From NCBI GenBank assembly GCA_023267655.1, contig JAHFMV010000003.1, positions 16,522-80,521 on the forward strand: a stretch of DNA of 64,000 nt. The letters run 5' to 3'. Below are positions 28,807 to 38,993 of this stretch, in pieces (the first letter of the stretch is position 1; the number at the start of each line of letters is the position of its first letter). Under the pieces are notes generated by a model. The model worked only from the letters and a program-made list of their open reading frames with translations. It had not been told where the DNA came from and did no database searches. A program made the translations under genes and the position numbers. The DNA is from Candidatus Kaiserbacteria bacterium (GTDB lineage: Bacteria > Patescibacteriota > Minisyncoccia > Phycocordibacterales > UBA2100).

Positions 28807-29430
28807 TTACTCCGCTTTTTGAAGGACGATGACCGTAGTCTCACGCAGCCACTCTACTGTACTTTCGCTCTGAAATACAAGCTTTCGCGCTGGAATATCG
28901 GATGCAGCCAGCTGCTGCAACAATTCGTCAGGATCAACGCGATGTTGCCATGAGCGCAATTCTTTAGTGCCCTTGATGGATGGCTCATGCATGATGTGCA
29001 TTGCAACACCACCGACCCCGAGCGCGTCATACGAGTTCTTTATCACCTCGATTTGTTCCTCTTTCGTCAAGAATTTCATCAATTCGTGACTGAATACGAC
29101 CGCATATGGCGCATGAGGGAAAGCTTTGGTGACATCGTGCTCGACGACATCGGTCCCGTTCCCAAGATGCTCTGTATCCACATCAAGCGTGCTCAACTTA
29201 ACCTTTTTCCCAAGCACGTCAGAAAAGACTCTAGCGTGAATGGCTATATAGCGCTTGTCGGATGCGCCCAAGACGACCACCTTGATCGGCTCTGAAAGCG
29301 CGGTCACTGGCGCGGCATTGAGAACATGCTGAACGATGGAATGTTTTGTGATTTCCATGTTCGACACCCATTCGTCAGGCTGGCTCGCGTACTCGACGTA
29401 GTGCTTTCCCAGTACTTGTTTCTCGATCAT
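28807..29430 (-). CDS. class I SAM-dependent methyltransferase-like protein
   Basis: VVVLGA, TLDVD, EHDVTKAFP, SYDALGVGG. Confidence 0.65.
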   Translation of the reverse strand: MIEKQVLGKHYVEYASQPDEWVSNMEITKHSIVQHVLNAAPVTALSEPIKVVVLGASDKRYIAIHARVFSDVLGKKVKLSTLDVDTEHLGNGTDVVEHDVTKAFPHAPYAVVFSHELMKFLTKEEQIEVIKNSYDALGVGGVAMHIMHEPSIKGTKELRSWQHRVDPDELLQQLAASDIPARKLVFQSESTVEWLRETTVIVLQKAE

Positions 29431-29525
29431 AGACTTTCTCCTTTGCTAATAATTCCTCGATGAGGTCGCGACGGAATGTCACGAACTCAATAGAGGGGAG
29501 AAACTCTTCTCCCCACCGACGATGG

Positions 29526-29819
29526 CTACAATCCGCGCAATGTGCCAAATCCACGCGGGTCATACTGGATGTACACATACCAACCGTTCCAAGTGCCCTC
29601 GATTCGCCACCGCTGCGAGCGAGTTTTGACATCCTTAATGTAGACCACGTAGACCTGTATTTCCGCCTCCTCGAGATCTTCTGATCTCTCTTTGACCGGA
29701 ATTTGAGTTTGTCGCCTCTCCAAGTTTTTGACAGTACTTCTTTCGAGGGACCCGAGACGATATGTTTCTGGACGTAGGTCATGGCGTTTGTCCTCATTGT
29801 CGGACTTTTCTGGACGCAT
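29526..29819 (-). CDS. hypothetical or degenerate ORF
   Basis: Two overlapping frames cover this gap; neither is recognisable. Confidence 0.3.
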   Translation of the reverse strand: MRPEKSDNEDKRHDLRPETYRLGSLERSTVKNLERRQTQIPVKERSEDLEEAEIQVYVVYIKDVKTRSQRWRIEGTWNGWYVYIQYDPRGFGTLRGL

Positions 29820-29900
29820 TTTTATCCTATATTACGGCTTGAATCAAGCTTTTTTCTATATCTTGTTGACTAATTCCGACAACAGATATAAACTGCATAA

Positions 29901-30665
29901 ATGCCCGCAAGCCTGATCACAAGTCTCCGAGGGATCGGTCTTAACCTCAATGAATCTGTAGTCTTGGGAACGCTCCTCAAGGGAGGCCCAATGTACGCAT
30001 CTCGTGTTGGAAAGGAGGCGCATCTCAACAGGACCACCATCTACGGCGTTTTGCATGAACTTATCGAGAAAGGCCTTGTCTCGAAGGTGAAAGCGCGGAG
30101 TGCGACACAATTTCAGGCTATTTCGCCGGAACTTTTGCCGGATTACATTGCCAAACGCCGCCAAGATCTCGTGGAAAAGGAGAAAGAACTTCGGGATGCT
30201 ATCCCCCAACTTCTCCTTTTGCGCTCGAAGGGAAGTATTTTACCGAAAGTACAGTTTTTTGAAGGAGAGGAGGGAGTAAAACAAGCGTACGAAGACACAC
30301 TAGAGAATAATAAAGGGCAGTACCTACGCGACATTACCGGCGTTGATGCTGTATTTAAACGATTAGGAGAAAAGTGGGTGCATTACTATCTCGAAAAGCG
30401 TGCAGATTTTGGTATTCGCTGTACAGATCTTGCGCCAGAGAGCGAGTGGGCACGAAAGAGCAAAGAAGACGACCAGAAATATCTGCGCCAAACGAAATTT
30501 TTGCCGGAGAAATACGGATTTGATGCGGAAATTAGCATCTATGACAATAAAGTTGGTTTTTTCTCGTACGCGAAGGAAAATCCGATTGCTGTTTTGATCG
30601 AAGATGAGACTATCGCTGATGCGATGAAAAAACTGTTTGATTACATGGAGCAATCGGCAAAATGA
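29901..30665 (+). CDS. TrmB-family transcriptional regulator
   Basis: wHTH LRGIGL..NE...LNRTTIYGVL..LIEKGLV; PKVQFFEGEEGVK; ISIYDNKV. Confidence 0.88.
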   Translation: MPASLITSLRGIGLNLNESVVLGTLLKGGPMYASRVGKEAHLNRTTIYGVLHELIEKGLVSKVKARSATQFQAISPELLPDYIAKRRQDLVEKEKELRDAIPQLLLLRSKGSILPKVQFFEGEEGVKQAYEDTLENNKGQYLRDITGVDAVFKRLGEKWVHYYLEKRADFGIRCTDLAPESEWARKSKEDDQKYLRQTKFLPEKYGFDAEISIYDNKVGFFSYAKENPIAVLIEDETIADAMKKLFDYMEQSAK

Positions 30666-30709
30666 GATGCTCCTTATGTCTCACGGTCGTAGATAGTAAG
30701 GAACACGTC

Positions 30710-31609
30710 TTACCGACGGCGTTTGCCGTGGAATGTTTTGTGTACCTCTCTCAAATGTTTATCGGTGACATGGGTGTAGACCTGCGTGGTGGCAATGTTG
30801 GCGTGGCCTAAGAGGGCTTGGACTGAACGAAGGTCGGCGCCGTTTTCCAATAAGTCGGTCGCAAAACTGTGTCGGATGACGTGGGGGGTGACTTTGCGCG
30901 TGATGCCGGCTTTGACTGCGTGCTGTTTGACGATGCGCTCGATGGAACGAGAGGTGAGGCGGGCGGAGTCTTGGCCGATGCCGTACCCAACAAAGAGTGC
31001 TTCGCCCATATCGCCACGCTTCTTGATGTACTCGGCGACAGCTCTTTTTGCGCCCGGCGAGAGGAAAACCACACGCACTTTGTCGCCCTTGCCGCGGACG
31101 GAGAATTCGTCGCGAGTAAGATCGAGGTCGGAATTTAACGAGCATAATTCGGAGACACGGAGCCCCGTGGAGAAGAGAAGCTCGAGAATCGCGCGATCGC
31201 GCAGTTCGTTCAAGGAATTTCCGGCTGGACTTTTCATTAATCGATTCAATTCGTCAGCAGTGATGAGATCGAGATCACGACCGCCGACTTTTGCGAGCTC
31301 GATTTTCTCCGGTGAGAGCGATTCGATTTCGTTTTTGCGCAGGTATTTGAGGAATGCCCGCAGCGCAATCATGTAGTAATTCTGCGTCTTCTTTTTCATG
31401 TCGCCGCTCGTTCCCGGCTGGCGATTCAACCAGATGCGGAATTCGCGAACCATCCGCTCATCAAGCTTCGACGGGGAAGTGACTTTTGTCTGCGTAAGAA
31501 AACGGGAAAGGTAGCGGTCGTAATTCTCCATCGTCTTCACCGAGCGGCCTTTTTCGATCTCAAGGTATTCGAGAAACTGCGTTTTGAGATCTTTCAAATC
31601 TGATACCAT
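30710..31609 (-). CDS. XerC/XerD-family tyrosine recombinase
   Basis: RDRAILELLFSTGLRVSEL, GKGDK, HVIRHSFAT, LLGHANIATTQVYTH. Confidence 0.95.
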   Translation of the reverse strand: MVSDLKDLKTQFLEYLEIEKGRSVKTMENYDRYLSRFLTQTKVTSPSKLDERMVREFRIWLNRQPGTSGDMKKKTQNYYMIALRAFLKYLRKNEIESLSPEKIELAKVGGRDLDLITADELNRLMKSPAGNSLNELRDRAILELLFSTGLRVSELCSLNSDLDLTRDEFSVRGKGDKVRVVFLSPGAKRAVAEYIKKRGDMGEALFVGYGIGQDSARLTSRSIERIVKQHAVKAGITRKVTPHVIRHSFATDLLENGADLRSVQALLGHANIATTQVYTHVTDKHLREVHKTFHGKRRR

Positions 31610-31630
31610 GTCGCACAATATTATAGCAGC

Positions 31631-32767
31631 TTATTTTAAATAGCGTTTCTTCCTCAACTGCTCCGGCAAATACGATTCTTTGTCATACGCTTCGTAGCCT
31701 TTGCCGTATTTCAAATCTTTCATCAATTTTGTCGGCGCGTTGCGGATTTTGAGGGGAATGGGGAGGTTGCCGAATTTTTTCACGTCGTCGAGCGCTTCGA
31801 AAATGGCATCGTAGGCGCGGCGGTCTTTTTTACACGTTGCAAGATACGCGACGCCGTGCGCGAGGCTGATCGTTGCTTCGGGGTAGCCGATCGAGCGCAC
31901 GGCTTCGAAAACCGCATTGGCGACGACGAGCGCCGTCGGCTGTGCGAGACCGATGTCTTCCGATGCAAAAATCACCATGCGCCTCGCGATGAATTTCGGA
32001 TCTTCCCCTGCGTCCACCATGCGCGCGAGGTAGTAGATGGCGGCATCCGGCTGCGATGCGCGCATGGATTTAATAAATGCGGAGATGGTGTTGAAGTGCT
32101 CTTCGCCTTTTTTGTCGTAGCGGAGATGGCGCGATTGAATCGCCTCTTTCAACGACTCGAGAGAAATCTTTCCGTACAGCTTATTTGCAGTTTCAAGGAC
32201 GGTGATTGCCTGTCGTGCGTCACCGCTTGCCATTTGTACCAACCAATCACGCGCGTCTTTTGGAATTTTAAATTTTGTGCGCGCGATTATTTTCTCCATT
32301 TCCTTTTCCGAATGTTCGTTGAGAACGAAGACGCGGCAGCGAGAGAGGAGGGGCGCGATTATTTCAAACGAGGGATTTTCCGTCGTTGCGCCGATGAGCG
32401 TGATATCGCCGCGCTCGACAAAAGGGAGCAGATAATCTTGCTGCGCTTTGTTAAAACGATGGATTTCATCGACGAATAGGATTTTTGGCTTTTGTTTTAA
32501 GAGCGTGCCGCGTACGCCGATTACTTTGCGAATATCGTCTTTGCCCGCCTCGACGGCCGAGAGCTCGTAAAAGTCAGCTCCGACGGCGTTTGCGTAAATT
32601 CGCGCGAGCGTCGTCTTTCCGGAGCCCGGTGGCCCCCACAAAATGAAGCTGAACAGCTCTTTCTTTTCGATGGCGACGCGAAGCGGCTTCCCGGCACCTG
32701 TCAGATGCTCTTGCCCCACGAATTCATGAAGATTTTGTGGCCTGATCTGTGATGCAAGGGGCTCCAT
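31631..32767 (-). CDS. rarA: replication-associated recombination protein A
   Basis: PLASQIRP, GPPGSGKTT, DEIHRFNKAQQD, ATTENPSF, ISAFIKS, SEDIGLA. Confidence 0.96.
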   Translation of the reverse strand: MEPLASQIRPQNLHEFVGQEHLTGAGKPLRVAIEKKELFSFILWGPPGSGKTTLARIYANAVGADFYELSAVEAGKDDIRKVIGVRGTLLKQKPKILFVDEIHRFNKAQQDYLLPFVERGDITLIGATTENPSFEIIAPLLSRCRVFVLNEHSEKEMEKIIARTKFKIPKDARDWLVQMASGDARQAITVLETANKLYGKISLESLKEAIQSRHLRYDKKGEEHFNTISAFIKSMRASQPDAAIYYLARMVDAGEDPKFIARRMVIFASEDIGLAQPTALVVANAVFEAVRSIGYPEATISLAHGVAYLATCKKDRRAYDAIFEALDDVKKFGNLPIPLKIRNAPTKLMKDLKYGKGYEAYDKESYLPEQLRKKRYLK

Positions 32768-32848
32768 ACAGTTAGGTATTCTTGGAGTGTACTCTTGTCC
32801 ACCATTTGTACCAGTTGCACAAAAATTATGAGGGAGTATCCTTGCACG

Positions 32849-33367
32849 ATGACAGGAAAAATTATTACACTTATTGCAGTCGTTATTATTCTTATTGGTG
32901 GAGGGACTTACTATTTCATGCATAAACAACCAGCAGCTCCTGCGCCAGATGCGGCGCAGCAAGCAGCAGCGACGCCGCAAGTCGCGGGGCAAGATGTCAC
33001 GATCGGAACCGGTGCAACAGCTGCACCAAATTCGAATGTTGAGGTCTTGTACGTCGGTATGCTCCAAGATGGCACAGTCTTTGATTCATCGGCAAACAAC
33101 GGCAACAAACCGCTTCCGTTTACCCTCGGCCAGCCGGGTATCATTCCGGGCTTCCAGATCGGTGTAAACGGCATGAAAGTAGGCGGTGAGCGCCGTGTCT
33201 CAATTCCGCCAGAACTCGGCTATGGCAACCAGGATGTGAAAGATGCGACCGGAAAAGTCATCATTCCCGCCAATTCAACCCTCGTTTTCGACATTAAATT
33301 GATCAAAGTGACGGCCGGAGCTGCGCCTGCAGTGGCTCCCGCACCAGCTCCAGCGAAGCCGAAATAG
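32849..33367 (+). CDS. membrane-anchored FKBP-type peptidyl-prolyl isomerase
   Basis: YVGMLQDGTVFDSS, GMKVGGERRVSIPPELGYG, IPANSTLVFDI. Confidence 0.95.
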   Translation: MTGKIITLIAVVIILIGGGTYYFMHKQPAAPAPDAAQQAAATPQVAGQDVTIGTGATAAPNSNVEVLYVGMLQDGTVFDSSANNGNKPLPFTLGQPGIIPGFQIGVNGMKVGGERRVSIPPELGYGNQDVKDATGKVIIPANSTLVFDIKLIKVTAGAAPAVAPAPAPAKPK

Positions 33368-33404
33368 CCTTGCAATGAAGGCAGGATTGTGATATCCTGT
33401 CTTC

Positions 33405-33671
33405 ATGCTGACGAAGCGAAAGAAGCAAAACGAAATCGGCAAGGTTAAGCGCCACGACACTGATACCGGCTCGCCGGAGGTGCAAGTCGCGCTCTTGACC
33501 CGCCGTATCGAAGAGCTCTCGGCACATTTGGATAAGAATCGTAAGGACAAAAGCTCCCGTCGCGGACTTTTGGGGCTCGTGGCTGATCGCCGCAAGCATT
33601 TGAAATACCTTGAGTCTACCAACAAGCGCTCGTATTCAGCGCTCACGAAGAAGCTCGGATTAAAAAAATAG
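33405..33671 (+). CDS. rpsO: 30S ribosomal protein S15
   Basis: DTGSPEVQVALLT, SRRGLL. Confidence 0.98.
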   Translation: MLTKRKKQNEIGKVKRHDTDTGSPEVQVALLTRRIEELSAHLDKNRKDKSSRRGLLGLVADRRKHLKYLESTNKRSYSALTKKLGLKK

Positions 33672-33800
33672 CGACTAGTGATTAGCCACTAGGAAATGCG
33701 GGCTCTCCAAATCGTCAGCTATAATCTGCATAGAGCAGATTTTTAGAAGCATTATCAGTTTTTATATTGAATTCACTAGTGGCTAATCGCTAGTGGCTAA
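33669..33800. repeat. inverted 7-bp repeat pair (TAGCCAC type)
   Basis: TAGCGACTAGTGATTAGCCACTAG ... CTAGTGGCTAATCGCTAGTGGCTA. Confidence 0.8.
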
Positions 33801-33806
33801 CAAACT

Positions 33807-34406
33807 ATGAGCATTATCAAACATCCGGAACAACGTGTTGGGGTCTTTATTGATACTCAAAACGTCTACCATAGTGCGAAAAACATCTATCACGCACGCG
33901 CCAATTTCGGCAACATCCTCAAGGATTCTGTCGCCGGTCGTCGCCTCATCCGCGCGCGCGCCTATTCCGTTACGACGGAAACAGGTGAAGAAAAGGGGTT
34001 TTTTGAAGCCTTGGCCAAAATCGGCATCGAAATGCGCCTCAAAGACCTCCAGGTCTTCTACGGTGGCGCCAAGAAGGCTGATTGGGACGTCGGATTGGCA
34101 GTTGATGCCATTACCGCCGCTCCGAAGCTCGATACCGTCATCCTTGTCACCGGCGACGGCGATTTCGTCCCGCTCGTCCAATACCTCCAGACCCATGGCG
34201 GCTGTCAGGTAGAAGTCGTCTCCTTTGGCCGCTCAACTTCGGGAAAACTCAAAGAAGCAGCCGACGATTTCCTCGATCTCGACGCCGACCCTCGCCGCTA
34301 CATCATGGGCTTTCGCGGCGGCTCCCGCCGCCCAAGCTCTCGCGGAGCACAAAACGCACCGTCCGAAATGTCGGACGAGATGGAAAAAGAGATGGGAGTG
34401 GAATAG
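33807..34406 (+). CDS. NYN domain protein (LabA/DUF88)
   Basis: VFIDTQN, KADWDV, LVTGDGDFVPL. Confidence 0.92.
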   Translation: MSIIKHPEQRVGVFIDTQNVYHSAKNIYHARANFGNILKDSVAGRRLIRARAYSVTTETGEEKGFFEALAKIGIEMRLKDLQVFYGGAKKADWDVGLAVDAITAAPKLDTVILVTGDGDFVPLVQYLQTHGGCQVEVVSFGRSTSGKLKEAADDFLDLDADPRRYIMGFRGGSRRPSSRGAQNAPSEMSDEMEKEMGVE

Positions 34407-34428
34407 AACAAGCTGCTTGTCGAAGCTG

Positions 34429-34803
34429 CTACAAAGCTATTTTGGTCGCCTTGTAGTATTCACGGAGCGAACTGAACTTACCACCTTTTATCTGGAGGAT
34501 CGCCACTTCTGTCATCTGAATCCTCGAGTTGCTCTTTGTGTCTGTAAACTCCGCATCCCATTCTGCAATCACAGTATCTCCGTCAGCCCAAACATGTAGA
34601 AGCTTAAAGTGAATGCTGCTCTGTTCGCCCTGCACTTTGCTTACCCAATATTTCCGAATGCCCTCGTGTCCGAAGTTTTCAGGCTCTTCCGGATCTTTGT
34701 AGGAGGCATCTTCTGAAAAAAGAGTGAGTATAAGATCAGGGTCCTGTTTCTCCCATGCTTTGCCGTAGATGCGCAATAGCCGCGTTGCTTCTTTCTTTGT
34801 CAT
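34429..34803 (-). CDS. SnoaL-like (NTF2) protein
   Basis: AWEKQD...LFSEDASY.DP...GHEGIRKYW...LREY. Confidence 0.85.
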   Translation of the reverse strand: MTKKEATRLLRIYGKAWEKQDPDLILTLFSEDASYKDPEEPENFGHEGIRKYWVSKVQGEQSSIHFKLLHVWADGDTVIAEWDAEFTDTKSNSRIQMTEVAILQIKGGKFSSLREYYKATKIAL

Positions 34804-35186
34804 ACGTCAAGGGAAGGCTTCTTGCAATTCTCATCGTTGCAACGACATTCAAAACCAATCATACACTTAACATCTGTATAGTCACCGGTAAGCTCTTCTC
34901 CCGTTTTAATGTCTCTGACAGCATAACCGGTCCCATCATGCGCAGTTTTGATATTTGGATTGCAGGAATGGTTGATGTATCGCTCTGGTTCCGAAATCAA
35001 TAAATATCTGCCGTTAAAAATACAGACATAAATCTTTAGGTGATCTGGGAGCGCTTCAGCTTCTTCTTTAGATAGATACGTTCTGTTTTCGTCTGCTTCA
35101 AGCACCGCGTCTCCCTTTTTGAAATCACGCGCCGCAAAAATACCCCGCCCCTCAATGGCTGACCCTTTTACGATAATACTTTGCAT
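34800..35186 (-). CDS. SET domain protein with post-SET cysteines
   Basis: IEGRGIFA, YINHSCNPN, DIKTGEELTGDY, CRCNDENC. Confidence 0.9.
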   Translation of the reverse strand: MQSIIVKGSAIEGRGIFAARDFKKGDAVLEADENRTYLSKEEAEALPDHLKIYVCIFNGRYLLISEPERYINHSCNPNIKTAHDGTGYAVRDIKTGEELTGDYTDVKCMIGFECRCNDENCKKPSLDV

Positions 35187-35312
35187 AACTATATTTTGTG
35201 TTTGACTTAGATGATAAATGACAGAGATACAGAACGCTTCCTCGATGAAGCCGCGAACGAATCGTGACTTCAAAAGAGGAGAGAACGTACGATTCTCTCC
35301 AACAGGCGGCGG

Positions 35313-35651
35313 TTACCCGGCGTCTGTTTTGCTTCGCAAAAGGCTCTCAACAACCTCGTAGAGATGTTGAGCGGTAATGCACGTACCGATATGGCCTTTC
35401 GCGAAGCGCGTAGCACAACCACCCTCTGCAACCTTGGCGTGTCGCACTGCTTCGTCTACTTCTCCGAGATCGAGACCTAAGAGCTGAAGTTCACGAATAA
35501 TCCCGTGAATCTCCGCCGTATTTGGACCCCGACAAGAGAACTGATTGCCTCGATTGTCCGTATATGGCGGACCGATGCAATCCAAGCAACCATGCTCGAA
35601 CGAACCAGTAAACGACAACGCCTTGCGCAGATTGGTAAGGTCATACGTCAT
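35313..35651 (-). CDS. hypothetical Cys-containing protein
   Basis: AGGAGG SD before MTYDLT. Confidence 0.55.
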   Translation of the reverse strand: MTYDLTNLRKALSFTGSFEHGCLDCIGPPYTDNRGNQFSCRGPNTAEIHGIIRELQLLGLDLGEVDEAVRHAKVAEGGCATRFAKGHIGTCITAQHLYEVVESLLRSKTDAG

Positions 35652-35781
35652 GGCACACCTCCTTTGGGTTTGCCGGTTGAACTTTCTGGGGAGATTGTGC
35701 CACAATAACGGAATATAGTCAATTTTTATTGGTGGTATTTTATTGGTTGATTTTGCTTTATTTACTTGCTATATTTAGCAA

Positions 35782-36549
35782 ATGCCAAAAAGTATTGGTG
35801 AAAATGAAGGGCGAGAAATCGCTCACGGACTTGAATCGCTTGGCTTGAAGGAGAAAGAAGCACTGGTGTATATGGCTCTTTTGGAGCTTGGCGAGGTCGG
35901 CAGCTCGCAGATTGCACGCAAGACAGGCCTGCATACGCAGTTTATCTACACGGCGCTCGCAGCGCTGGAGACGCATGGGCTCGCGCAACACGTCGTCAGG
36001 CGCGGCAGGAAGAAGTTCAGCGGCAAGCACCCACGAGCACTGGTACGGCTTGTCGAGCAGCAGAAAGCAACGGCGGACGTGCTAGCCGCTCGACTCGACG
36101 CCTTTACTTCGCTGCCCAAAGAGCAGCGATTTGAAATTTTTCAAGGGAATACCTCGTACGTCGCGCATGAATTCGACATACTCAAAGAAACGCCAGAGGG
36201 CTCGGAAATCCTGATCATCAGCGGCAGTGGAGATCGGTTCGATCATGAAATGCGTAGCGTAATGGCAGAATACGAAACCCTTCGTATTCAAAGACGCGTT
36301 GTGCTCCGGTATCTCGGAAGCCGTATTGAACGCGAATATCTCGAATCGATAAAGAATGCACGCGCTCTGTTTTCGTACCGATTGTTACCTGGCCTCTTTA
36401 CAGGTCTGGTTTCCACCGTCATCGGGCCAAGTACGATCAGTTTTAAAGTGTACGGTGAACCGGTCACCAGCTTTGTCGTCTCCAACGAGGTCATCGCAGG
36501 CAGCTACAAGCAGTTCTTCGAGACGCTCTGGAAGATGGCGCAATCGTAG
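35782..36549 (+). CDS. TrmB-family transcriptional regulator
   Basis: LESLGLKEKEALVYMALLELG wHTH; YKQFFETLW C-terminus. Confidence 0.88.
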   Translation: MPKSIGENEGREIAHGLESLGLKEKEALVYMALLELGEVGSSQIARKTGLHTQFIYTALAALETHGLAQHVVRRGRKKFSGKHPRALVRLVEQQKATADVLAARLDAFTSLPKEQRFEIFQGNTSYVAHEFDILKETPEGSEILIISGSGDRFDHEMRSVMAEYETLRIQRRVVLRYLGSRIEREYLESIKNARALFSYRLLPGLFTGLVSTVIGPSTISFKVYGEPVTSFVVSNEVIAGSYKQFFETLWKMAQS

Positions 36550-36782
36550 AGATTTGCTATAGTGTCCACATTATTGAATAACCGTGGCGGACAGATAGGC
36601 AGGATTTTCCCTCGTGAGGGTCAATGCTGAAATCTGGTCGTCACTTAATTAAAAGTGATAAGTTGCAAATTTGGATGAGATGCTAGGCGCGGAGAAAGCA
36701 GCGTCCGAGGCGTACACCTGTACGACGAGGGCGACGCAGAGGCTCCGCAACAACGCAGCTCGCCACATTTGAAAATTAGCAT

Positions 36783-38993
36783 ATGCAAAAAAAAGAATAT
36801 GGCTTGGATATTGGAGGCAAGACGATGACAGCCGAGTTTAATGACTGGGCGAATCAGGCAAACGGATCGGTGCTGTTGCGATACGGCAACAGTGCCGTCC
36901 TTGCGACCGTGGTTATGGGTGCAAAAGAGAGCGACAAAGATTATTTTCCTCTCTCCGTTGAATACGAGGAAAAGTTTTACGCAGCCGGCGCCATTCTCGG
37001 CTCCCGCTTTATGCGCCGCGAAGGACGTCCGTCCGACGAAGCCGTCCTCTCGGGTCGCATCGTCGATCGTACGATCCGACCACTCTTTCCAAAAGGTTTG
37101 AAGAAAGACGTGCAGGTGATTATCTCCGTCCTCTCGCTTGAGGAATACGACGCGGATATTCTCGCCGTCAACGCGGCATCTCTTGCAATCGCAACCTCGA
37201 ACATTCCATGGAACGGTCCGGTTTCGGCGGTACGCATCGGACAGGAGGAAGGTGTTGCAGATTTTATCGTAAATCCAACCTACAAAGAACGCGATGAAGC
37301 AGGGGATCCAAAAGCAATTCTCGATCTTACCGCGTGCGGCAAAGACGGTCTCATCAACATGATCGAAGTCGGTGCAAAAGAAGTTACGGAAGAAGTGGTC
37401 AACAAGTCCCTCGCAAAAGCGAGCGAGGAAATCGAAAAGATCCAAGCGTGGCAGAAAATGATTGTCGCCGAACAGGGTAAAGAGAAACATTCGTTTGTTC
37501 CGCCGTTTGAAGATGATGCGCGTCTATCTCCCGCGTTTGATCAGATCGTCGGCACGCACCTTGGTGCAAAAGCGGGAAACCTCACAAAACACGATATCAA
37601 CGAATTCAAATCGAATTGGATGGCGCATGCGAAACAGGAATTCGAAGACATCGAGCCGGGCAAACTCGACACGTATTACGAACACCGCCTTGATGCATAT
37701 GTGCACGATCTCGCGATCAAAGAAGGAAAGCGTGTCGATGGTCGCGCCATGGATGAAATCCGCGAACTGTATGCACAAGCAGGCGGCGTTTCTCCCGTCA
37801 TCCATGGCTCTGGCATTTTCTACCGTGGCGAAACGCACGTGCTCGCAGCGCTCACGCTCGGAGGCCCGGGCGATGCACAATTGATCGACACCATTGAATC
37901 GCAGGATGTGAAGAAAACATTTATGCTGCATTACAACTTCCCGCCGTTTTCTGTTGGCGAAACAGGACGCGTCGGCGGTATGAACCGTCGCATGATCGGA
38001 CATGGTGCACTCGCAGAGAAAGCACTGCGCGCTGTCTTGCCGGACAAATCAGTTTTCCCGTACACGATCCGTATCGTTTCTGAATGTCTTGCTTCAAATG
38101 GTTCAACATCACAAGCAACCGTCTGCGCGGGCACGATCGCACTCATGGACGCTGGTGTTCCGATCACCAAACCGGTCGCGGGAATCGCGATGGGGATGAT
38201 GTCGGACGCGAAGGCGGGCGTGTACAAAGTACTCACCGATATCCAGGGGCCGGAAGATCATCATGGCGACATGGACTTCAAAGTCGCGGGAACACGCGAT
38301 GGCGTCACCGCAGTGCAGATGGACGTGAAAGTCGAAGGGGTGCCCGTCAATGTGCTTGCCGAAGCATTTGCACAGGCAAAGAAAGCGCGTCTGCAGATTC
38401 TTGAAGTGATTACGAAAGAAATCGCAACGCCGCGCGCCGATATTTCTCCCCGCGCACCAAAAATCCTTACGCTCAAAATTAAGACTGATCTCATCGGCCT
38501 CGTCATCGGTCCCGGCGGCAAGATGATCAATGGCATCCGCGACAGAACAAAAGCCGACGACATCACGATCGAAGAAGACGGCACGATCTTCATCACTGGC
38601 AAAAACGGTGCAGCCGAAGCTGCGTACGCAGAAATTGCGGATCTCACTCGCGAATACATGCCGGGAGAAAAATTCGAAGGTACCGTTACACGATTGATGG
38701 ATTTCGGCGCCTTCGTGAAAATCGGCGCAAATGCCGAAGGATTGGTGCACGTTTCAGAAGTCGCTCCGTTTAGAATCGGCAATATTTCCGAGGCAGTGAA
38801 AGAGGGCGACGTTGTGCCGGTCCTCTTGAAAGAAATCGACGAAAAAGGACGGTATAATCTCTCTATCAAGGCAGCTGATCCTGAATGGGCGGCCCGCAAG
38901 GGTCTTATCCCATCAGAAGGAGGCGGCCATGAATATCATGGGGGAAACAACGAACGAGGGGGGCACAGGGGCGATCGACGCCGGCGCATCTAA
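36783..38993 (+). CDS. pnp: polyribonucleotide nucleotidyltransferase
   Basis: RREGRP, HYNFPPFSVGE, SNGSTS, GDMDFKVAG, KH and S1 domains. Confidence 0.98.
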   Translation: MQKKEYGLDIGGKTMTAEFNDWANQANGSVLLRYGNSAVLATVVMGAKESDKDYFPLSVEYEEKFYAAGAILGSRFMRREGRPSDEAVLSGRIVDRTIRPLFPKGLKKDVQVIISVLSLEEYDADILAVNAASLAIATSNIPWNGPVSAVRIGQEEGVADFIVNPTYKERDEAGDPKAILDLTACGKDGLINMIEVGAKEVTEEVVNKSLAKASEEIEKIQAWQKMIVAEQGKEKHSFVPPFEDDARLSPAFDQIVGTHLGAKAGNLTKHDINEFKSNWMAHAKQEFEDIEPGKLDTYYEHRLDAYVHDLAIKEGKRVDGRAMDEIRELYAQAGGVSPVIHGSGIFYRGETHVLAALTLGGPGDAQLIDTIESQDVKKTFMLHYNFPPFSVGETGRVGGMNRRMIGHGALAEKALRAVLPDKSVFPYTIRIVSECLASNGSTSQATVCAGTIALMDAGVPITKPVAGIAMGMMSDAKAGVYKVLTDIQGPEDHHGDMDFKVAGTRDGVTAVQMDVKVEGVPVNVLAEAFAQAKKARLQILEVITKEIATPRADISPRAPKILTLKIKTDLIGLVIGPGGKMINGIRDRTKADDITIEEDGTIFITGKNGAAEAAYAEIADLTREYMPGEKFEGTVTRLMDFGAFVKIGANAEGLVHVSEVAPFRIGNISEAVKEGDVVPVLLKEIDEKGRYNLSIKAADPEWAARKGLIPSEGGGHEYHGGNNERGGHRGDRRRRI

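Noticed and set aside
30710-31609. Tyrosine recombinase as a prophage or island integrase
   Set aside because: It looks like a housekeeping XerC/D next to rarA, with no att duplication or phage genes.
38929-38993. 65-nt overlap of pnp with the next ORF as programmed frameshifting
   Set aside because: No slippery site is evident; it is more likely start-site uncertainty in low-complexity termini.
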